Origin: a bacterium
GTDB taxonomy: Bacteria; JACRDZ01; JAQUKH01
Length of the DNA: 64,000 nt
Assembly: GCA_028719205.1 (NCBI GenBank)
Contig: JAQUKH010000008.1
Location: 1 to 64,000, forward strand
Reading direction: 5' to 3'
Shown: in pieces, positions 58,231 through 64,000 of the stretch
How the letters are laid out: every line of letters starts with the position of its first letter
Position numbering within the stretch: the stretch's first letter is position 1
Made by a program: the position numbers and the translations under genes
Notes under the pieces: generated by a model
What the model saw: only the letters and a program-made list of their open reading frames with translations
The model's database searches: none
What the model was told of the DNA's origin: nothing

Positions 58231-58634
58231 TCGCACCCTCTCCCGAACCTTCTTCTCATATAATAGGCATCTTTTAAACCTTGTTTAGTATTTTTATCCC
58301 CGGGATCTTTTTTTAATTTTTCTGTAAGTTCATAAATAGTTTTTTTAATGACATTTTTGATCTCATCGCCCAGAAATAATTCAGATTTTTCATCTAAATA
58401 ATTCGGTTCTGCCTCAATTGCCTTTCGGTATTCTGAAATTGCCGGGATATAATCATTTTGGTTGAAATATGATCGTGCGGAATCAATATTTGACTGCAGC
58501 GGGGAAGAAACAACTACAACTTTATCAACTCTTAAATCATTACTTTCATAAGTATGCCCAAGAAAAAGCGATACAACAGCGATAAAGATCCCTGTTAACG
58601 CGACCAAGCTTATTTTTTCAATACCTGTTGACAT
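58227..58634 (-). CDS. Membrane-anchored TPR-like protein ending in RGCE
   Basis: N-terminal TM, AISEYRKAIEAEP and YYMRRRFGRGCE*; ATGA overlap with the YedE gene. Confidence 0.7.
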   Translation of the reverse strand: MSTGIEKISLVALTGIFIAVVSLFLGHTYESNDLRVDKVVVVSSPLQSNIDSARSYFNQNDYIPAISEYRKAIEAEPNYLDEKSELFLGDEIKNVIKKTIYELTEKLKKDPGDKNTKQGLKDAYYMRRRFGRGCE

Positions 58635-58640
58635 ATTTGG

Positions 58641-59777
58641 TTATAAATATTTTTCGATTTTAACCCCGGGATAATAAAATTTTAAGATCTTATCATATCT
58701 GTTTTTTTTCAAAGCTAAAGTTTTCGCGCCTTCCTGGCATAAACCTACCCCATGGCCGGAACCATGCCCGGTAAAAATAAAGGTATCCTTTTTAATATCA
58801 ATTTTAAAAAATGTACTTTTAATCTTATCCTGCCCGATCCATCTTCTGAAATCCGATACATTCATTTTTTTATCACCTTCTGACGTACGGAATGTAAGCT
58901 CACTTACCCTTCCCGTGCGGGTAAGCGCTGTAACTTTAAATGAATTGAGTTTTCCTTTAAAATTCTCATCTGTTAATAATATCTTCTCGAGATCTGATCT
59001 TGTAATACTGAATTGCCAGTTATAATTTTCCGCATCCCTGCAAAAACTGCATATCTTACTTTCGAGGTAAGGCAGATTATTGCCGGGCCATAAGGAACTT
59101 ACATCTTCTGTCTTTCCGCCGCAGGTACTATGGAAAAATGCCTGTATCAAGCCGTTATGATAAGTCATTACAAGCCCCTCTGTCTCTAAAACGGCCTTAG
59201 TTATATTTTTATTTTCTCCCGCTATACCTATATACCTCTGGGAATCCACAGAGGACTCAAGCTGATATGTTTTGTCCTTATTTTTCCCATACTGAAAAAG
59301 CGCGTAGGTCCTCGCGGCAACAGCCTGAGCCTTTAAAACTTCCTCAGGCCAGCTGGGATAAATTTCCCCTCCAACTACGCTAAAAAGATATTCTTCCAGT
59401 GGAACCTCATTGATCGCAAGGAGATTATCTTCTTCCGGCCTTATCTCCATATCCCCCCGGTACAGATCATCCCCGAGTTTTATTTTATTTTCAGATCTTG
59501 ATTTAATTATGACGGGGCCCTGGATTTCCTTTTCTTCCAGGAATAATTTTCCATCTTTAAAGCTAAAATTTATTATATTAAGATTTTTCATTAATGTATT
59601 CAGGTTTTCTTGCGGGCCTGAAATTATTAAACCGGCCGGGCTTGACAGGGTTATCTGCTCGCCGCGAAAAACAGCTACCTTTAATTTTATATCGGCAGCT
59701 CTTATTTTATTCCCGGACGCTCCCGGCAGTGAAATAAAAAATATAATAAAAATCAAAAATAAACTTAATTTTCTCAT
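58641..59777 (-). CDS. SpoIID/LytB-domain lytic transglycosylase
   Basis: LEEYL..VV..E, LKAQAVAARTY, FHSTCGG.T and GHGVGLCQ.GA motifs. Confidence 0.9.
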   Translation of the reverse strand: MRKLSLFLIFIIFFISLPGASGNKIRAADIKLKVAVFRGEQITLSSPAGLIISGPQENLNTLMKNLNIINFSFKDGKLFLEEKEIQGPVIIKSRSENKIKLGDDLYRGDMEIRPEEDNLLAINEVPLEEYLFSVVGGEIYPSWPEEVLKAQAVAARTYALFQYGKNKDKTYQLESSVDSQRYIGIAGENKNITKAVLETEGLVMTYHNGLIQAFFHSTCGGKTEDVSSLWPGNNLPYLESKICSFCRDAENYNWQFSITRSDLEKILLTDENFKGKLNSFKVTALTRTGRVSELTFRTSEGDKKMNVSDFRRWIGQDKIKSTFFKIDIKKDTFIFTGHGSGHGVGLCQEGAKTLALKKNRYDKILKFYYPGVKIEKYL

Positions 59778-59789
59778 TAAATATTTATA

Positions 59790-61622
59790 TTAATTTGCGG
59801 CTTTACGAGATTTAATTTTCCGCTCGTTTTCATCCAGATATTGCTTTCGGAGACGGACATTTTTAGGCGTAATTTCAACAAGCTCGTCATCTTCAATAAA
59901 TTCCAGCGCGAATTCAAGGGTCATTTCCCGCGGCGGAACCAGCCTGATAGCCTCATCCGCGCCGGAAGACCTCATATTGGACATTTTTTTCTCTCGAATT
60001 GCATTAATTATAAGATCGTTCCCTTTATTATTAACACCGATTATCATTCCTTCGTAAACATCAACCCCCGGATAAATAAATATCTCACCTCTTTCCTGCA
60101 GCCCCCACAACGCGTAAGCTACAGCCTTTCCTGAATTCTGGGAAACCAGAACTCCTGTTTGTCTGGACGGCAATTCACCTTTGAATTTTTGATATTCAAA
60201 AAAATTCTGGTACATGATCCCGCTTCCTCTGGTCATCACCATGAATTCATTACGGAAACCAAGCAATGCCCGTGACGCTATCAAAAATCTCAAACGAACC
60301 GTATTCGCAGTAGTCTGCAGGTCCTTCATTTCCGCGCGCCTGTTGCCCAGGTTTTGAATAACAGCACCCTGATATTCCTGTCCCACTTCAATATATATTT
60401 CCTCAACCGGCTCCAAAGTCTCCCCTTCAACTTTCTTTAAAATTACCTTTGGACGGGATACCTCAAATTCATAACCTTCACGCCGCATCGTTTCGATCAA
60501 AATAGCAAGATGCAACTCACCGCGCCCTGACACCTTAAACCTGTCTCCATTATCCACTTCTTCGATCTTAATACCTACATTCATCATTTTTTCATATTCC
60601 AGCCTTTCCCGGATATGTCTTGATGTAAGGAATCTGCCGCCATCCTTACCCGCTATCGGGCTTGTATTATGAGAAAAATTCATGGAGATCGTAGGCTCAT
60701 CGATCTTTATCGTCGGGAGCGCCTGCGGATTTTCCGTGCACGCGAGCGTCTCTCCCACTTTAATATCATCAATACCCGGAACTATTGAAACAATATCACC
60801 TGCTTCCGCGTTCCCGACTTCAACCCTTTTCAGTCCCACATATTTCAATATCTTGATTATTTTTCCGTTTAGAACAGAGCCGTCATGTTTTACGAGCGCT
60901 ATCTGGTCTCCGGTTGTTGCCGTTCCATGGGCAATACGCCCGATCGCTATACGGCCTATATAAGAATCATAATCGAGCATGGTAACGAGCATTTGAAAAG
61001 GCTTTTCTGGATCAGCGACAGGAGGCAGAACACGATGCAGGATCGTATCCAAAAGCGGTTTAAGATCCTTGCTTTCGTCATCAAGGTCCAACTTGGCTGT
61101 ACCCTCCCTGCCGGACGCGAAAACGATCGGGAAGTCAAGCTGTTCATCTGTAGCGTTTAATTCACAAAAAAGATCAAATGTCAAATCGGATACCTCAAGA
61201 GGCCTCGCGTTCGGACGGTCGATCTTATTTATAACAACAATCGGTTTTAAGTGCATCTCCAGAGACTTTCTCAACACAAATTTAGTCTGAGGCATCGGCC
61301 CTTCAAAAGCGTCAACAAGCAAAAGCACACCGTCCACCATCTTCAATATACGTTCTACCTCGCTTCCAAAATCCGCGTGTCCGGGAGTATCCACAATATT
61401 AAATTGTGTGTCTTTGTAACGGAAAGACGCGTTTTTAGAAAAAATAGTAATTCCCCGTTCTTTTTCAAGAGGATTTGAATCCATGATCGTAGATTCACCA
61501 TCTTTAAAATTATAAGCTCCGCTTTGCCTTAGCATGGCATCTACCAATGTAGTTTTTCCATGATCAACATGCGCAATAATAGCTATATTTCTGACATCTT
61601 TTCTTCTTTTTTGATTTGACAT
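59790..61622 (-). CDS. typA: Translational GTPase TypA/BipA
   Basis: [33 protein letters not shown] and EITPK..RLRK motifs. Confidence 0.97.
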   Translation of the reverse strand: MSNQKRRKDVRNIAIIAHVDHGKTTLVDAMLRQSGAYNFKDGESTIMDSNPLEKERGITIFSKNASFRYKDTQFNIVDTPGHADFGSEVERILKMVDGVLLLVDAFEGPMPQTKFVLRKSLEMHLKPIVVINKIDRPNARPLEVSDLTFDLFCELNATDEQLDFPIVFASGREGTAKLDLDDESKDLKPLLDTILHRVLPPVADPEKPFQMLVTMLDYDSYIGRIAIGRIAHGTATTGDQIALVKHDGSVLNGKIIKILKYVGLKRVEVGNAEAGDIVSIVPGIDDIKVGETLACTENPQALPTIKIDEPTISMNFSHNTSPIAGKDGGRFLTSRHIRERLEYEKMMNVGIKIEEVDNGDRFKVSGRGELHLAILIETMRREGYEFEVSRPKVILKKVEGETLEPVEEIYIEVGQEYQGAVIQNLGNRRAEMKDLQTTANTVRLRFLIASRALLGFRNEFMVMTRGSGIMYQNFFEYQKFKGELPSRQTGVLVSQNSGKAVAYALWGLQERGEIFIYPGVDVYEGMIIGVNNKGNDLIINAIREKKMSNMRSSGADEAIRLVPPREMTLEFALEFIEDDELVEITPKNVRLRKQYLDENERKIKSRKAAN

Positions 61623-61635
61623 TTTTTATCCTTTT

Positions 61636-63369
61636 TTATTTATACAAATAAGCGTTCAAAACATATTGCTGAACCATACGGTGAGTATTGAAAAATGAGG
61701 CGTTAATCGCTATGGAATGCCTCATAATATCAATCCATGCCTGGCGGTTACTATAGAATACAGGTATAATATCCTTTGCCAATTTCATATATAATGAATC
61801 AGCATTTTTTTCATCTATACTTTCCTTATCTTCGATCGAACCGATTGACCACCCGGTGATCCCTTCAATACAACCCTCGATCCACCAGCCATCCAGTATA
61901 CTGAAACTCGGCACACCGTTATGCGCCGCTTTCATACCTGAGGTTCCGGACGCTTCCTGCGGGCGGCTTGGGGTATTCAGCCATAGATCCGATCCCGAAA
62001 TGAACATCTTAGCCAGTTCCATGTCGTAATTTTCAATATATGCTACTTTCACATGGTCCTTAAGATTGTTTGATACTGCCTTAATTCTCTTGATCAGGTC
62101 TTTACCCGGCCAATCTTTCGGATGCGCCTTGCCCGCGAAAACAAATTGAACCTTCCCGACGATCTGGGCAATATTCACTAATCTGCTTGAATCAAAAAAG
62201 ATCAGGTCCGCTTTTTTATACGCGGTCGTTCTTCGGGCAAAACCAATTGTCAATACATCCTTATCAAAACCCAGATTAGTTTTACTGTTAATGAAATCAA
62301 TAAATTTATCTTTTGCCTCCTGATGGGCGCTCCAAATATCTTCCCTTGGAATGCTCAAAGCATATCGTAAAGAAAAAGGATCATTGGTCCAGCCGGGAAT
62401 ATGTTTATCAAACAACTTTTTAAAACTCGGGCAAACCCATGTATCCGAATGAATTCCGTTTGTAATATATTCGATATGATATCCCGGAAACATCTCCTGA
62501 GATGTTTTTCCGTGCTCCTTCGCCACCCCATTCACATAATGGCTCAGATTAAGCGCGAGAGAAGTCATATTAAGATTGTCCTGGCCGCCTAATTCTTTTA
62601 ACAGGTCAAACGGGACAATATCTCCCAATAAATTCCTGACGAGATCATAAGAAAAAATATCATGCCCGGCTTTTACAGGCGTATGTGTCGTAAAAACACA
62701 CATTCTTTTAACATAATTAATTATCTCAGGAACAATACTATCATCGTATCTATTTTCATTCAAAAGTTCCAATGTCAATAAACTCGCGTGGCCTTCATTC
62801 ATGTGATAACGCCTGATATTTCCGTAACCTAATTCACGAAGCATCCGTACCCCGCCGATACCTAAAATTATCTCCTGGCTGAACCGGTATTTCTCATCCC
62901 CGCCATAAAGGTAATATGTAAAACTGCGGTCGTATTCACTATTTTCTTCAGTATCTGTATCCAGAAATATTACAGGGAGCGCACTGTTCACTCCTTTTAT
63001 TCTGTACTGCCATGCCCTGACTACAACATTCCTGTTTTCTATTTTAACGGTTATTTTGTTGGGTAAAAGAACCATTGTTTCCTCTGGGTTCCATTCACTC
63101 GAATACTCATACTGATTTCCGTATTCATCAAGCCTCTGGACAAAATATCCCTTTCTATAAAGCAGGCTGACCGCTACCAACGGCACTTTCAGGTCCGCGC
63201 ATGACTTTACCGTGTCCCCTGCCAAAACACCCAGCCCGCCGCTGTAAGTGGGTATTTTAGATTCCACGCCGATCTCCATTGAAAAATAGGCAATAGACCT
63301 TTCTTCATCCTTTATATTGCCTAAAAATTCTTTCTCTATGGGACAAAAATTATTTACAGGAATATCCAT
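61636..63369 (-). CDS. glgP: Alpha-glucan phosphorylase
   Basis: YFSME, YSGGLGVLAGD, HMNEGH, FTTHTP and EASGTSGMKA (PLP lysine) motifs; start moved to 63369. Confidence 0.92.
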   Translation of the reverse strand: MDIPVNNFCPIEKEFLGNIKDEERSIAYFSMEIGVESKIPTYSGGLGVLAGDTVKSCADLKVPLVAVSLLYRKGYFVQRLDEYGNQYEYSSEWNPEETMVLLPNKITVKIENRNVVVRAWQYRIKGVNSALPVIFLDTDTEENSEYDRSFTYYLYGGDEKYRFSQEIILGIGGVRMLRELGYGNIRRYHMNEGHASLLTLELLNENRYDDSIVPEIINYVKRMCVFTTHTPVKAGHDIFSYDLVRNLLGDIVPFDLLKELGGQDNLNMTSLALNLSHYVNGVAKEHGKTSQEMFPGYHIEYITNGIHSDTWVCPSFKKLFDKHIPGWTNDPFSLRYALSIPREDIWSAHQEAKDKFIDFINSKTNLGFDKDVLTIGFARRTTAYKKADLIFFDSSRLVNIAQIVGKVQFVFAGKAHPKDWPGKDLIKRIKAVSNNLKDHVKVAYIENYDMELAKMFISGSDLWLNTPSRPQEASGTSGMKAAHNGVPSFSILDGWWIEGCIEGITGWSIGSIEDKESIDEKNADSLYMKLAKDIIPVFYSNRQAWIDIMRHSIAINASFFNTHRMVQQYVLNAYLYK

Positions 63370-63442
63370 ATCTTCTCCAAGATTTGTAAAATTACATAGT
63401 ATATCACATATACCATTTTTTGGCAAACTTATATTTGATCAG

Positions 63443-63465
63443 ACAAGGGGGTCATGCCCCCTTGT
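63443..63465. repeat. Short REP-like palindrome or terminator
   Basis: acaaggggg-tcatg-cccccttgt abutting the radC stop. Confidence 0.55.
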
Positions 63466-64000
63466 TCAAAAAAGCCCTTCTTCCTTAAAACTAAAGTATT
63501 TGTTACCTGCTATTATAACATGGTCCAATAACAGAATATCAACAAGTTTAAGGGACTCAAAGATCTTTTTCGTGATCCTTATATCATCCTCTGACGGAGT
63601 TAAGGTTCCCGCGGGGTGGTTATGCGCGATTATCAGTGAACTCGCGTGAAGATAAAGGCCGCGTTCAACAATTTTTCTGGGATAAACAACCGATTTATTA
63701 ACAGTTCCTCTCTGGATGGTCTCGATCGCAAGCAGAGAATTCCTGTTATTCAGAAACAACGCCTTAAATTCCTCATCACAGGCACCTTTAAGAGAAGCCT
63801 TAAGATAATTATATACCGCCTGCGGAGACGCGACCAGGTCCCTTTCACAAATGCCTTTTTCAAGATACCGCGCGGAGATATCCTTTAAAAACCTAATAAA
63901 AATAGCTGTATGATCAGAAATACCCTTTATTTCTTTAAGCTCTTCTATATCAGCATCAAACACACCATTAAGTGTCTTGAACTTTGTCATTAACTCTTTA
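63466..64000 (-). CDS. radC: RadC/JAB-domain protein (5' end beyond window)
   Basis: GTVNKSVVYPR, AHNHPAG..PSEDD and LLDHVII motifs; frame open to the window edge. Confidence 0.9.
   Translation of the reverse strand, partial: KELMTKFKTLNGVFDADIEELKEIKGISDHTAIFIRFLKDISARYLEKGICERDLVASPQAVYNYLKASLKGACDEEFKALFLNNRNSLLAIETIQRGTVNKSVVYPRKIVERGLYLHASSLIIAHNHPAGTLTPSEDDIRITKKIFESLKLVDILLLDHVIIAGNKYFSFKEEGLF

Noticed and set aside
58641-59777. Sporulation evidence from SpoIID
   Set aside because: SpoIID/LytB domains are common in non-sporulating diderms.
648-63888. Many short ORFs in the track (e.g. 648-866, 8081-8635, 22055-22675, 29829-30395, 45817-46542)
   Set aside because: They are antisense or alternate-frame shadows of well-supported genes and have no recognisable motifs.
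1-64000. CRISPR array, tRNA/rRNA, transposase/integrase, prophage
   Set aside because: None was recognised by eye. The repeats present are heptamer arrays, palindromes or coding-domain repeats, and radC has housekeeping neighbours.

Overview
AT-rich, gene-dense chromosomal window from a diderm, probably anaerobic bacterium (TonB-dependent receptor, beta-barrel proteins, c-type cytochromes). I found no rRNA, tRNA, CRISPR array or intact transposase. Layout: (1) 1-24 kb is a redox/metal/stress region. It holds an edge-truncated beta-barrel resembling porins of Geobacter-type cytochrome clusters, a monoheme cytochrome c, a ferritin-like protein, an unlisted 59-aa desulforedoxin-like Cys-rich protein, OFOR alpha/beta genes split by an octaheme HAO-family cytochrome, an OmpB/MofA-type multicopper oxidase preceded by a DUF2946-like CxxC...LAPP ORF, msrAB and an ArsS/TIGR04282/TIGR04283 cluster. 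Eight copies of one ~40-bp motif, mostly abutting -35 boxes, suggest an undescribed regulon here. (2) 24.4-34 kb is a corrinoid salvage/uptake operon with two cobalamin riboswitches of different types. (3) ubiX with an apparent ATC start codon, then a SurA/PpiD chaperone. (4) A GeoRSP-type PqqD/radical-SAM/SPASM operon with orphan binding proteins and beta-helix proteins, with possible partner genes (DUF2155-like, YedE, a protein ending in RGCE) further along. (5) Trk K+ uptake, a Wza-like protein, a T9SS-like cargo plus PorV-like pair, rimO, SpoIID/LytB, typA, glucan phosphorylase and a partial radC. Short palindromes and 7-bp tandem repeats appear to be inserted in frame in several conserved genes. 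All family names come from recognising motifs by eye, not from database searches.
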